From Gemmatimonadota bacterium (GTDB lineage Bacteria; Gemmatimonadota; Gemmatimonadetes; Gemmatimonadales; GWC2-71-9), in the NCBI GenBank assembly GCA_041499375.1, contig JBGQKD010000011.1, forward strand, positions 30,214 to 94,213: a stretch of 64,000 bases of DNA, written 5' to 3'. The first letter of the stretch is position 1; every line of letters starts with the position of its first letter. A program made the translations under genes and the position numbers. The notes under the pieces were generated by a model. That model did not search any database and was not told the origin of the DNA. It saw only the letters and a program-made list of their open reading frames with translations. This document shows positions 25,342 through 35,363 of the stretch, piece after piece.

Positions 25342-28187
25342 CGGAGCGTGCCTCCGGCGCCGCGCGGCCCGGCGGTGACCGTCGTACGCCGCGCCGCGAC
25401 CGACCCCATGAGCGTCGTGACGCGTGTCTCGATCAGCGTGGCGAAACCCTCGGGCAAGACGAGCGACGGCGGGTTGGGCAACCGCAGCACCGTGCGTCCA
25501 CCGGCGACGACGGACAACGAGCTCCGTTCGCCCACCGGCTCGTCGGGACCGAGGAACCGGATGCGGGCGGTGCCGCGCCAGGCATGTCCCGGGAGACGCG
25601 CGAACGCGGGATAGAACTCGACGGTAAGCGGAACTCCGATCAGCGAATCGCGCAGCGTGAGACCCATGCGTCCGAACGCGTAGTTCACCGGCGCGTTGCC
25701 GCCGCGCACCTGTTGTCCGGTCGAGTCGTAGACCGTGACGGACAGGTCGGTCAGCTCGTCCCAGAGATCCGGTGGCAGCTCGAGATCCACCTCCATCCGC
25801 TTCGCCCAGCGCGGCGCGCGCACCTGCAGCGATTCCGGCGGCTGCCCGCGGCCCGCAATCGCATAGTCGCGCTCCGCGCCGACGAGGCGATAGGCGACTT
25901 GGCCGCTCGCCGTCGTTCCTCCGTCCGCTGCGTCACCGGCGAGCACACTCGAGGCTTCCAGGGCGGTACCGCGCTGCGTCACAGCGAGCGCGACCGGCCC
26001 CAATTCGGCACGCACCGTTACAGTCGTCGCGGTGAGCGGCGGCGCGACTATGTCCAGCTCGTATACGCCGGGGACCAAGTCCTCCGCGCGCACCGTGATG
26101 ACCGCGCTGCCCGGCTGCTGCTGCCCCAGATCGATGTCGTCGGGAGCAGACCGGGCGGGCTCGCCGTTGGGCTCGTACAGCCGCACTGTCGCCTGCTGGC
26201 TCACCGAATCCGGCAGCGTCACCGTCGCTCGCAACGTCGCGTTGTCCTGCGGGACGCGCAGGAAGTAGCGTTGCACCGCGCCCGGCCCGACCGTGCGGCG
26301 TTCGTCGAACAGCACTTTCGTCGTGAGGTCGGTGGGCACGATGAGCGTATTGACGAGTGTAAACAGGGCTCCGGCGACCGTATCGCGCGGGTTGCGCGCG
26401 CTCACGGTGCCGACGTAGACGCCCGGCGCGGTCAAGGCGGTGCGCTTGTAGGTGACCGCGATTTGCGTCGTGCGCGGCCCGGCGTCGACCGAGTCGTCCA
26501 CGCTCAGCCACGGAACGTCCGCGCGCAGCGCAAACTCTGCGGCACGCAATCCGGCGACGTGCCGCACGCTAAACGTCTCGACGCTATCCTGCGGTCCGGC
26601 GAAGCCGTTGCGCCGGAAGGCAGCAGTGACGCCGTTCGCTGCATGCACGCTGTAGATCGAGCCTTGATGTCCCCCTTCGAGCCATTGATACGCCGTCTCC
26701 AGCGCGGGCACTCCGGCGCCGTCGTCGATAACCCGCGCGCCGTTGAACGGGCGCGCCGACATCCGCAGTGCCTGGGCGATGTCGGTTGCCACAGGTCGGC
26801 GGCTCTCCTGCGTCAGGGCCGACACGAGGCACGCGGCCAGGCCGGCCGCGTGCGGCGACGACATGCTGGTGCCGCCCTTGATTTCGTTGCCGATGTCCCA
26901 GCGGGGGACGCTGGAGAACGCGAGGCCCGGAGTCACGATGTCCGGCTTGGCGAGCTCACCGCCGCGGGAGCTGAACCACCCCATCACGTCGCGCGCGGCC
27001 GGAACTCCGGGCTGGGGCGCGGCCGCGAAGACGCCGGGATAGCTCGCGCCGACCGAGAGGGCGAGATCCGCCGAGCCCGGGAAGCCCACGGTCGACAGCC
27101 CGGGGCCATCATTTCCCGCACTGATCGTGAAGACCGCCTCGGGGTGAGTGAGCAGGAACGCGTCCACGATCGAATCGATCACGGCCCGGCCCTCATGCTC
27201 GTTGCCGACGCCGAAGCTCATGTTCAACACGAGCGGGAGATTGCGTTGCGCGGCGTAGCGTGCGGCGTAGTCGATCGCGCGCATCATGCTGCCATGGACG
27301 GTGACGCCGCCGCGCGCGTTGTTCGCGATCTTGAGGCCAATGATCTGCGCGCCCGGCGCCACGCCGTTGAATCCGGCCACGTCGAACAGGTTGTAGCCGG
27401 CGGCGATACCCGCGACATGCGTGCCGTGGCCCGACGTGTCGAAAAAGAGATCGAGCACCGGCGCGCCGTCCGCCACCACTTGACTGAAATTCGCGACGAT
27501 CGTCAGCGGCTTCGTGCCGAGGGCGATCATCTCGCGTCCCTGGCGATAGTCGTGCAGCGGCATCTCGTCCTCGAACGAGCCATCGAGGTTGGTATCGAGG
27601 AAGGCGACCCAGCCGTCGGATGCCTTCACCGCGATGACGGGAAACTCGTCGGTGTTACGGCCGTTGCCGTTGACGTCGCCCGCCGGCGGCCGGCCGAGCG
27701 GCAGCTCGCGGAACACGCCGCGATACCACGTGGTGGACGTGGTCAGCCGGCCGATGCGACCCGCGCCACGCATCTCCTGCTCGGTCGGCGCGGGAAAGGC
27801 GGTGAGCGCGACTCGGCCCTCGCCCGAAAAGTCGCGCAGCTCGATGACCTTGGGAGCGCCGGTGCTGGTGGCGATCAACCCCGGCACGCCGGGGTCGACG
27901 CCGCTGTCCAGAATCGCGATCAGCACGCCCCGGCCGTCGTACGTCGGGTGCAGCGCACGAAAGAGGTCGACACCGGTACTCTTCAACGGCATCAGACCGA
28001 GCATATAGGCCACGGCCGGATCGACCGCCGGCTGCGGCATAGCCGCGCGGCTCCCGTCTGACGGGACGGCGGACGCGGGCTTCGAGGATTTGGGAGCGGG
28101 CTGACCCGGTTTCGTGAGGCCCCCCCCCTTGCTGCCGGCGCAAGCGGCGATGATGGCGAGCGAGACGATAACAGCAGGCTTCAGCAT
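25338..28187 (-). CDS. secreted S8 subtilase lipoprotein, tripeptidyl-peptidase-II-like, 949 aa
   Basis: It has a lipobox IIAACAG. The catalytic triad motifs are IAILDSGVDPGVPGL (Asp), GHGTHVAGIAAG (His) and GGTSMSSPHAAG (Ser). There is a long beta-rich C-terminal half. Confidence 0.9.
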   Translation of the reverse strand: MLKPAVIVSLAIIAACAGSKGGGLTKPGQPAPKSSKPASAVPSDGSRAAMPQPAVDPAVAYMLGLMPLKSTGVDLFRALHPTYDGRGVLIAILDSGVDPGVPGLIATSTGAPKVIELRDFSGEGRVALTAFPAPTEQEMRGAGRIGRLTTSTTWYRGVFRELPLGRPPAGDVNGNGRNTDEFPVIAVKASDGWVAFLDTNLDGSFEDEMPLHDYRQGREMIALGTKPLTIVANFSQVVADGAPVLDLFFDTSGHGTHVAGIAAGYNLFDVAGFNGVAPGAQIIGLKIANNARGGVTVHGSMMRAIDYAARYAAQRNLPLVLNMSFGVGNEHEGRAVIDSIVDAFLLTHPEAVFTISAGNDGPGLSTVGFPGSADLALSVGASYPGVFAAAPQPGVPAARDVMGWFSSRGGELAKPDIVTPGLAFSSVPRWDIGNEIKGGTSMSSPHAAGLAACLVSALTQESRRPVATDIAQALRMSARPFNGARVIDDGAGVPALETAYQWLEGGHQGSIYSVHAANGVTAAFRRNGFAGPQDSVETFSVRHVAGLRAAEFALRADVPWLSVDDSVDAGPRTTQIAVTYKRTALTAPGVYVGTVSARNPRDTVAGALFTLVNTLIVPTDLTTKVLFDERRTVGPGAVQRYFLRVPQDNATLRATVTLPDSVSQQATVRLYEPNGEPARSAPDDIDLGQQQPGSAVITVRAEDLVPGVYELDIVAPPLTATTVTVRAELGPVALAVTQRGTALEASSVLAGDAADGGTTASGQVAYRLVGAERDYAIAGRGQPPESLQVRAPRWAKRMEVDLELPPDLWDELTDLSVTVYDSTGQQVRGGNAPVNYAFGRMGLTLRDSLIGVPLTVEFYPAFARLPGHAWRGTARIRFLGPDEPVGERSSLSVVAGGRTVLRLPNPPSLVLPEGFATLIETRVTTLMGSVAARRTTVTAGPRGAGGTLR

Positions 28188-29770
28188 GAGGAGACACTCG
28201 GCAGAGCGAAGGCCCCCAGATGGGGGCCGGTGAATTCGCTGGAGACCTCGAGGAGAAACGCGAGAGTATCGCGCGTCTCTTCGGGCGTCAGAATTGCATC
28301 GACAAACCCGCGCGCCCCGGCGAATGTCGCGTCGAGCTGATGCTCGTAATCGGCGCGCATCGCGTCGACGGCCGCCGCGTTGTCCGGTTTCGCGGCCTCA
28401 GCGCCATACACGGCCTGGACCGCGGACTCGCCTTCCATCACGCCCATTCGGCCGGTCGGCCACGAGACGATGAAATCGGGATCGAAGCCCTGCCCCGCCA
28501 TCGCATAGTACCCGGCACCGGACGCGTGATTGACGGTGAGGACGAGCTTGGGCACCGTCGCCGTCGCCATCGCCTCGACGAACCGCGCGCCCGCCCGGAT
28601 GATTCCGGTGTGCTCCGCCTCGGTCCCGACCATGAATCCCGACACGTCCTGAATGAAGAGCAGCGGCACGCGCTCACGGTCGGCGTTCTCGATGAAGTAC
28701 GCCACCTTTTCAGCGCTTTCCGTGTAGATGATGCCGCCGATCCGCGGCGCTTCATTCTTCTTCTTGCCCTTGATCACCCCGCGTGAATTCGCGATCACGG
28801 CGACCGGCCGCCCCTCGATGGCGCCGTGCCCGCAGATCATCTCGGGCGCGACGTCGGGCTGGAACTCATCGAGCCGGCCCGCGTCGAGGAGGCACTCGAA
28901 CACCGCCCGCACGTCGTAACTCATGCGATGATCGACGGGCAGAATATCGTACAGCTGCGTTGGGTCACGTTTCGGATCGCGCGCCCCCCCTCGCCCGGGA
29001 GGCGTGGGATGTGGGGTGTGGGGAAGGCGGGTTACGTACTCGCGGATCCGGACCAGACAGTCCTTGTCGTCCTTGGCGCGGTAATGCGCGACGGCACTGA
29101 CCGTGGTGTGCGTCGTGGCGCCGCCCAGCGTCTCCGCATCGACTACCTGTCCCGTCGCGCCTTTGACGAGATTCGGCCCGCCCAGTCCCATGAACGAAGT
29201 GCCTTCCACCATGAAGATCACGTCCGACAGCGCCGGCAGATACGCCCCTCCCGCGATACACGGACCCATGACGGCGGCGATCTGCGGCACTTTGAGATAA
29301 CGCCGCATGATCGAGTTGTAGTAAAAGATCCGGGCCGCACCATACTGACCCGGGAAGACCCCACCTTGATACGGGAGGTTCACGCCCGCCGAGTCGACCA
29401 GGTAGATGATCGGGATGCGCTGGCGCATCGCGATTTCCTGGGCGCGGAGGATCTTCTTGATCGTCTCGGGCCACCACGATCCCGCCTTCACCGTGGCGTC
29501 ATTCGCGACGACCACCACCGGGCGCCCAGCGATGCGGCCCAACCCGGTCACGACCCCGGCCGCCGGCGCCTGGCCGTCGTACTGATCCCATGCGACCAGC
29601 AGGCCGATCTCGACCCAGGGGCCGTCTTTGTCGAGCAGCGCCGTCACGCGCTCGCGCGCGGTCAGCTTTCCTTGATCGTGCTGGCGCTTGATTCGCTCCG
29701 CGCCGCCGCCATGCTCGAGGCGTGCGCGGAGCTTCTGGTATTCGTCGCTGAGCGTCTTGAGGCGGCTCAC
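28181..29770 (-). CDS. acyl-CoA carboxylase carboxyltransferase (beta) subunit, methylcrotonyl-/geranyl-CoA carboxylase type
   Basis: The carboxyl_trans domain is recognisable ([33 protein letters not shown]). A GTG at 29770 gives a GTGA overlap with the upstream stop. An alternative start lies at 29794. Confidence 0.9.
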   Translation of the reverse strand: MSRLKTLSDEYQKLRARLEHGGGAERIKRQHDQGKLTARERVTALLDKDGPWVEIGLLVAWDQYDGQAPAAGVVTGLGRIAGRPVVVVANDATVKAGSWWPETIKKILRAQEIAMRQRIPIIYLVDSAGVNLPYQGGVFPGQYGAARIFYYNSIMRRYLKVPQIAAVMGPCIAGGAYLPALSDVIFMVEGTSFMGLGGPNLVKGATGQVVDAETLGGATTHTTVSAVAHYRAKDDKDCLVRIREYVTRLPHTPHPTPPGRGGARDPKRDPTQLYDILPVDHRMSYDVRAVFECLLDAGRLDEFQPDVAPEMICGHGAIEGRPVAVIANSRGVIKGKKKNEAPRIGGIIYTESAEKVAYFIENADRERVPLLFIQDVSGFMVGTEAEHTGIIRAGARFVEAMATATVPKLVLTVNHASGAGYYAMAGQGFDPDFIVSWPTGRMGVMEGESAVQAVYGAEAAKPDNAAAVDAMRADYEHQLDATFAGARGFVDAILTPEETRDTLAFLLEVSSEFTGPHLGAFALPSVSSC

Positions 29771-30186
29771 GCGGCGACGTGCTCCGCCGCCCACTCCTGG
29801 ATGTACTTGATGAGGTCGGCCGTTGGCGTGCCGGGGCCGAACAGCTTGCCTGTGCCCTGCGATTCCAGCGCGCTCATGTCCTCAGGGGGAATAATGCCAC
29901 CGCCGGTCAGCAGCACGTCCTGACGGCCGGCGGCGTCGAGCAGCTTCCGGACGCGCGGGAACAGAGTCATGTGCGCGCCGGACAGAATTGATAGGCCGAC
30001 GACGTCGACATCCTCCTGGATCGCGGCCTGCGCGATCATCTCCGGCGTCTGATGCAAACCGGTGTAGATGACTTCCATCCCCGAGTCGCGGAGCGCCGCG
30101 GCCACGACCTTCGCGCCGCGATCGTGCCCGTCTAGGCCCGGCTTGGCCACGAGGATGCGAATGGGGCGCCGGCGAGCGGCCATCAA
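29767..30186 (-). CDS. acyl-CoA mutase small subunit (cobalamin B12-binding domain)
   Basis: The motif [18 protein letters not shown] (DxHxxG) is present, followed by GLSILSGAH. Confidence 0.9.
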   Translation of the reverse strand: MMAARRRPIRILVAKPGLDGHDRGAKVVAAALRDSGMEVIYTGLHQTPEMIAQAAIQEDVDVVGLSILSGAHMTLFPRVRKLLDAAGRQDVLLTGGGIIPPEDMSALESQGTGKLFGPGTPTADLIKYIQEWAAEHVAA

Positions 30187-31286
30187 CGGCGGAAGCGCAG
30201 CAGCGCCGCCATGCCGTCCACAACGCGGCGCGCCTTGTCGTCATACAAGACGTCCACCTGGGAGCGCTGTCGCAGCGCTTCTTCGACCGCGTCGTCGATC
30301 CGGGGATCGTCGTCCTGGCCGTCGGCGAGGAGGGTGCGGACCTGCCCGCGCGAGAGCGCCTTGAGCGTGGGATCCACGCCGTTCACCGCCCATCCTTCCG
30401 GCGCGCCATCCTTCACCGCGTCGGCGTGCGCGCGCTCCCAGGCGCGCTCGCGTTCTTCGCGCAGCAGCAGCGTGGCGTCCCGCACCTGCGCCGCGGTCGC
30501 CTGCTTGGGACTGAGCTTCACGACACCGAACACGAGGTCGTGGACATAGGTGTGAAGGTGCGGAATCACGGCACCGGCATCCACACCGACGCTGCCGAGC
30601 ACGATCCCCGCCAGCGGTTTGCTGCGATTGATCTCGAAGACGCGATCGGCAATCTGGGCGTAGAGCCGGTGCTTCTCGGCGCGGATCCGCTGGTGGTAGC
30701 GGCGCTCCCCCGCCCCCCCCCGCGGCATGCCGGTGTGCGCCCCGTGGAACTTGCCGCCTCGCGAGGCTTCGATGCCCGCCAGTCCCGGCAGCTCCGCGCA
30801 GTCGTAGGCCGTCACCTCGAAGAACCGGGCCGCGGTGCGGTCGTACACGACGGCCAGAATGGTGCCGAATTCCTCTTGGAGTCCCAGCAGCTCGCGCACC
30901 AGCGGCTCGTGCTCGACGGCCAGACGGGAGCGATGCACGTGGGGTAGCGGCAGCGCCTCGAACAGATCGAGGCCCTGCGACGCGAAAATTGCGATCGCGC
31001 GTGTGTGCGGCAGGTGATTCGGCTCCTCGAGATAGTCCAGCACCCGCTGCAGGTCTGTGGCGATCGCTTCTCGGTCCGCGTGGCCGAGCGACTGTCGCGA
31101 GAGCCCTTCGGCGGTCTGCTTGACGCGGTTCTTCATCTTGATGAGGTACTTGCCGCGTGTGCGATCGCGCGGCTCCAGTTTGAGATAGCATGTCACAACC
31201 CAGTAGGGGCCCGGGTCGATCGCGGCGAGCCGCTGGACCGCGGCATGGACGTCCTGCTCGGTGACAAGGGCGGGGAGTGTGCTCAT
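30183..31286 (-). CDS. eRF1/Pelota-like protein (bacterial aeRF1, baeRF-type), 367 aa
   Basis: The central segment [16 protein letters not shown]...SRGGKFHG....[17 protein letters not shown] lies in the position of the eRF1 GGQ loop. The C-terminus [22 protein letters not shown].....[15 protein letters not shown] resembles eRF1/Pelota domain 3. The call rests on pattern similarity only. Confidence 0.55.
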   Translation of the reverse strand: MSTLPALVTEQDVHAAVQRLAAIDPGPYWVVTCYLKLEPRDRTRGKYLIKMKNRVKQTAEGLSRQSLGHADREAIATDLQRVLDYLEEPNHLPHTRAIAIFASQGLDLFEALPLPHVHRSRLAVEHEPLVRELLGLQEEFGTILAVVYDRTAARFFEVTAYDCAELPGLAGIEASRGGKFHGAHTGMPRGGAGERRYHQRIRAEKHRLYAQIADRVFEINRSKPLAGIVLGSVGVDAGAVIPHLHTYVHDLVFGVVKLSPKQATAAQVRDATLLLREERERAWERAHADAVKDGAPEGWAVNGVDPTLKALSRGQVRTLLADGQDDDPRIDDAVEEALRQRSQVDVLYDDKARRVVDGMAALLRFRR

Positions 31287-31289
31287 AGT

Positions 31290-32852
31290 CTAGAAGAACA
31301 CCGGTTCACGGTATGCTCCCCACACGCGTTCCAGCGCATGGCGAATCTCGTAGAGGGTGGCGTACGCACGCGCGCAGTCCAGCATCGCGGGAATCACGTT
31401 CTGATCGGACTCGGCCGCCTGGCGCAGGGCCTCGAGCCGGCGCTCGACCAGGGCACTGTCCCGCCCCGCCCGCACCTGCGCGAGACGACGGCGCTGCTGC
31501 TCTTCCGCATCATTGGAGACCTTCAGGATTTCGACCGGGTGATCGTCGTCGGACAGAAACTCGTTCACCCCGACGATGACCTGCTCACCCAGCTCGACAT
31601 GACGCTGGAAGGCTGCTGCCGACTGGGCAATCTGCCGCTGGAACCAGCCGCTCTCGATCCCCCGGACGACGCCGCCGATCGAGCTGATCTCGGCGAACAG
31701 CGCTTCGGCTTCGCGCTCGAGCTGGTCGGTGAGTGCCTCGATGTAGTAGGACCCGCCCAGCGGGTCGATCACCTGCGCGACGCCCGTCTCGTGGGCCAGG
31801 ATTTGCTGCGTCCGCAGGGCCACCTGCACGGACTGCTCGGTCGGTAAGGCCAGCGTCTCATCGAGGGAATTCGTGTGGAGCGACTGCGTCCCGCCGAGTA
31901 CGGCCGCCAGGGCCTGGTAGGCGACGCGCACGATGTTGTTCAGCGGCTGTTGCGCCGTCAGGGTGACGCCGGCCGTCTGGCTGTGAAAGCGCATCATCCA
32001 GGAACGAGCCTGCCGAGCCTTGTAACGCTCGCGCATGTGCCGCGCCCAGATCCGCCGGGCGGCGCGCAGCTTGGCGATTTCCTCGAAGAAGTCGTTGTGG
32101 ATGTCCCAGAAGAAGGAAAGGCGCGCGGCAAAGCTGTCGATATCGAGACCGCGAGCCACGCCTCGCTCGACATAGGTGAACCCGTTGGCGAGCGTAAACG
32201 CGAGCTCCTGAGCGGCCGTCGCGCCTGCCTCGCGGATGTGATAGCCCGAGATCGAAATCGTATTCCAGAGCGGCGTGTGCTTGGCGCCCCACTCGAACAT
32301 ATCCACAATGACTTTGAGCGCGGGCTCGACCGGATAGACCCAGGCATGCTTGGCCATGTACTCCTTGAGGATGTCGTTCTGTACTGTCCCGCGCAGCTTC
32401 GCGATCGGGACGCCCTGCTTCTCGGCCGCGGCGACATAGAAGCAGAACAGAATCGCCGCTGGGCCGTTGATCGTCATGGACGTCGAGACCTGGTCGAGCG
32501 GGATGCCGTCGAACAGCGTCTCCATGTCCGCCAGCGAGGAAATAGCGACGCCGCATTTCCCGACTTCACCCTCGGACCGGGGATGATCGGAGTCGTAGCC
32601 CATCAAGGTTGGGAAATCGAACGCGACCGAGAGGCCGGTCTGTCCGTGCTCGAGCAGGAACTTGTACCGCTGGTTGGTATCGGCCGCGCTGCCGAACCCG
32701 GCAAATTGCCGCATCGTCCAGAGCTTGCCGCGGTACATCGTCGGATGAATGCCGCGAGTGAACGGATACTCGCCGGGGCGGCCCAATTGCCGTTCCGGAT
32801 CAAATTGCTGAAGATCAGCAGCGGTGTAGACAGGTTTCTTGGCGATGGTCAT
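31290..32852 (-). CDS. acyl-CoA mutase large (substrate-binding TIM barrel) subunit, MCM/ICM family
   Basis: Motifs [37 protein letters not shown] and [12 protein letters not shown] are present. Confidence 0.9.
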   Translation of the reverse strand: MTIAKKPVYTAADLQQFDPERQLGRPGEYPFTRGIHPTMYRGKLWTMRQFAGFGSAADTNQRYKFLLEHGQTGLSVAFDFPTLMGYDSDHPRSEGEVGKCGVAISSLADMETLFDGIPLDQVSTSMTINGPAAILFCFYVAAAEKQGVPIAKLRGTVQNDILKEYMAKHAWVYPVEPALKVIVDMFEWGAKHTPLWNTISISGYHIREAGATAAQELAFTLANGFTYVERGVARGLDIDSFAARLSFFWDIHNDFFEEIAKLRAARRIWARHMRERYKARQARSWMMRFHSQTAGVTLTAQQPLNNIVRVAYQALAAVLGGTQSLHTNSLDETLALPTEQSVQVALRTQQILAHETGVAQVIDPLGGSYYIEALTDQLEREAEALFAEISSIGGVVRGIESGWFQRQIAQSAAAFQRHVELGEQVIVGVNEFLSDDDHPVEILKVSNDAEEQQRRRLAQVRAGRDSALVERRLEALRQAAESDQNVIPAMLDCARAYATLYEIRHALERVWGAYREPVFF

Positions 32853-32862
32853 TGGTCAATGG

Positions 32863-33942
32863 TCATTGATCATTGGTAATTCGCGGCTCCGCCGCGCTGT
32901 TCCGTACTTGCTCCAGAACTTCGGCGGCAACCTCGTAGGGGCTCCGCGTGCCCGCGGCGACATCGTCGAGCCGCCGGGCCAGCAGATCTTCGGCCTGTGT
33001 CTCATCCCATACCCATTGGCGAATCGCCCGGTTCACGACCGCGCGCGTGCGCGTCGCGAGACGCCGCTTCCGGCGCTCGACCAGCTTCCCCGTCCGCTCG
33101 AGGAACTCATGGTGCTGGTCGAGAGCGGTCAGGAGCTCCTTGATTCCCTCACCCTTCGAGGCCACCGTGGTCAGGACCGGGGGCTCCCAATTCGGCGGAT
33201 CGGCGGATGGGCGGATGGGGCGTCGATCCGGCGATCCGGCGATCCGCCCATCCGACCTCCCGTGATGGGCAGGAACATGCGCAAACGCATTGCCCCTGCG
33301 AATCCCGAGCATCACTTCGACTTCCTGCTTCAGCTTATCCGCGCCCGGCCGATCGCTCTTGTTGATCACATAGAGCTCGGCGATCTCCATGACGCCGGCC
33401 TTCAGCGTTTGGATGCCATCCCCCGATTCGGGTACGAGCACGAGCACGGTGGTCTCCGCGGTTGCCGCGACGTCGAGCTCGGTCTGGCCGACGCCGACGG
33501 TCTCGATCAGGATGCGGTCGAATCCGAATGCCTCGAGCACATCCGCGACCTCCTCGGTGGTTGTCGCGAGACCGCCTTGCGCGCCCCGTGTGGCCATCGA
33601 TCGAATGAACACGCCGGGATCGAGGCTCACCGACTCCATGCGAATCCGGTCGCCGAGGAGCGCGCCGCCGGTGAATGGGCTGGTCGGATCGACGGCGATG
33701 ACTGCCACTTTGAGACCGCGCTCGCGGTAGGCGCGGATCAGTTGTTCGATGAGGGTGCTCTTGCCTGCGCCGGGTGGCCCGGTGATGCCGATCCGATGAG
33801 TGTTTCCCTTCCCAATCTTCTTATGCAACGCCCCCAACACGCGCTCGAAGCCTTCGCGCTGATTCTCGACCAGACTGATCGCGCGCGCGAGGGCCGCGGT
33901 GTCGCCGCGCGTCAACCCTTCGAGCACCGCGTCGAGTCGCAT
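32863..33942 (-). CDS. meaB: methylmalonyl-CoA-mutase-associated G-protein chaperone MeaB/ArgK
   Basis: It has a P-loop GITGPPGAGKSTL plus VAVIAVDPTSP and NKSD. Alternative ATG starts at 33972 and 33975 overlap the mgtE stop. Confidence 0.88.
   Translation of the reverse strand: MRLDAVLEGLTRGDTAALARAISLVENQREGFERVLGALHKKIGKGNTHRIGITGPPGAGKSTLIEQLIRAYRERGLKVAVIAVDPTSPFTGGALLGDRIRMESVSLDPGVFIRSMATRGAQGGLATTTEEVADVLEAFGFDRILIETVGVGQTELDVAATAETTVLVLVPESGDGIQTLKAGVMEIAELYVINKSDRPGADKLKQEVEVMLGIRRGNAFAHVPAHHGRSDGRIAGSPDRRPIRPSADPPNWEPPVLTTVASKGEGIKELLTALDQHHEFLERTGKLVERRKRRLATRTRAVVNRAIRQWVWDETQAEDLLARRLDDVAAGTRSPYEVAAEVLEQVRNSAAEPRITNDQ
33194..33254. repeat. inverted array of 8-nt repeats inside meaB
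   Basis: GGCGGAT occurs at 33194, 33202 and 33210. Its complement-type units GATCCG(G/C)C occur at 33225, 33233 and 33241, with CATCCG at 33249. Together they can form a hairpin of about 24 bp (20/24 paired) with a 7-nt loop. Confidence 0.85.
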
Positions 33943-33971
33943 ATGCCCTAAGGATAACGGCGCGGTACCCA

Positions 33972-35363
33972 TCATAGGAGGGTTCCGCGCAGAATCACAC
34001 TCGCCACGGTGAAATAAATGACCAACCCCGTAACGTCGACCAGCGTGGCGACGAACGGCGCGGATGCACTGGCGGGGTCGAATCCCAGGCGGCGCAGGAC
34101 AAAGGGCAACAGGGATCCCGCCATCGTTCCGAACGTCACGACACCGATCAGGCTGCCGAAGACGGTGAGCGCGACGAGCAGGTAGTGCTCTCCATAGATC
34201 CCCGTGATCGCATGCCACAGCGTGATGCGGAGAAATCCTATGGCACCGAGGACCAATCCGAGTACGAGACCTGTGGCGATCTCGCGCCGGATCACGCGCC
34301 ACCAGTCGCGCAGATTCACTTCACCGAGCGCCATCGCGCGGATCACCAGCGTCGAGGCCTGCGAGCCGGAGTTGCCGCCGCTCGAGATGATGAGTGGCAC
34401 GAACAGGGCGAGGATGACCGCTTTGGCGATCTCCTCCTCGAAAAACGCCATCGCCGTGGCCGTCAGCATTTCGCCGAGGAACAGCGCCGCCAGCCACCCG
34501 GCACGTTTTCGGACCATCCGGCCGAACGCGACCTTCAGATAGGGCGCGTCGAGCGCCTCCATACCGCCGAACTTCAGGAGGTCCTCGGTGGTCTCCGCTT
34601 CCACCACGTCGACGACGTCGTCGAACGTGATGCGCCCCAGCAGCCGGCCGTTTGCGTCGACGACGGGGACGGCGGCGACGTTGTAGCGCGCCATGAGCCG
34701 GGCGACCTCTTCCTGGTCCTGTTCCGGCTGCACCTGGACCGCGGGCTGCTCCATGACGTCCCGCACCAGCCGCGCCGGGGCCGTGACGATCAGTCGGGCG
34801 ATCGGTACGATGCCGCGTAAGTGGCCGTGCGCATCGACGGCGTACACCTGGTACAACTGGCTCTCGTCCTCATCGCTCTGCTGACGAATCGCCTCGATGG
34901 CTGCGGCTACGGTCGCCTCGTCACGCACGCTGACCACGTCGGTGGTCATCAACCCGCCGGCCGAGTCCTCCGGATACTTGAGCAACCGCTCGACGTCGGC
35001 GCGATCGCTGACCTCGGCGAGCACCGCCTCGCGCTGGCCGGGTGAGAGCTCGGCGACGAGGTCGGCGGCATCGTCCGTCGGCATCTCCTCGACCAGCTCG
35101 GCTGCGTACTCCGGTCCGACCGCGAGCAGCATCGCTTCCGGGTGTTCGGCCGCTTCCATCTCCGCGAGCGCGCTCGAGGCGACGTCGAGGGGCAGCTCGG
35201 AGATCACGCGGACGCGGGTGGGTTCCTCCAGGGCCGACAGGACGTCGGCCAGATCGGACGGATGGACGTGACGCACGCGCAGCAGGAACGGGTGGAGATC
35301 GTCTTGCTCGGCGAGCTCCTTGAGCTCGTCGAGCCTCAGGTCGGGGGCTTCGGGTGTGGTCAC
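33972..35363 (-). CDS. mgtE: magnesium transporter MgtE
   Basis: It has the MgtE N-domain, tandem CBS domains and a TM domain with GGNSGSQASTLVIRA. Confidence 0.92.
   Translation of the reverse strand: MTTPEAPDLRLDELKELAEQDDLHPFLLRVRHVHPSDLADVLSALEEPTRVRVISELPLDVASSALAEMEAAEHPEAMLLAVGPEYAAELVEEMPTDDAADLVAELSPGQREAVLAEVSDRADVERLLKYPEDSAGGLMTTDVVSVRDEATVAAAIEAIRQQSDEDESQLYQVYAVDAHGHLRGIVPIARLIVTAPARLVRDVMEQPAVQVQPEQDQEEVARLMARYNVAAVPVVDANGRLLGRITFDDVVDVVEAETTEDLLKFGGMEALDAPYLKVAFGRMVRKRAGWLAALFLGEMLTATAMAFFEEEIAKAVILALFVPLIISSGGNSGSQASTLVIRAMALGEVNLRDWWRVIRREIATGLVLGLVLGAIGFLRITLWHAITGIYGEHYLLVALTVFGSLIGVVTFGTMAGSLLPFVLRRLGFDPASASAPFVATLVDVTGLVIYFTVASVILRGTLL

Noticed and set aside
25584-28061. 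Very long ORFs antisense to, or out of frame with, recognised genes. Examples are 25584-28061 (+, 825 aa), 51423-53963 (+, 846 aa), 13640-15655 (+, 671 aa), 37975-39729 (+), 41484-43049 (+), 4799-6346 (-), 15934-17469 (-), 8306-9685 (-) and 19581-20729 (-).
   Set aside because: Each lies opposite or over a gene with strong family motifs. Their translations are Arg/Ala/Gly/Pro/His-rich with no recognisable motif. Stop-poor alternate frames are expected at this GC content.
33194-33254. The octamer inverted repeat in meaB could be a MITE/REP mobile element.
   Set aside because: It is only about 60 nt, shows no target-site duplication or terminal structure I can recognise, keeps the reading frame, and has no second copy in the window. 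I keep it as a repeat observation only.
35360-35363. I looked for an M-box (Mg2+ riboswitch) upstream of mgtE.
   Set aside because: The mgtE start overlaps the upstream corC-family stop (ATGA), so no leader region exists.
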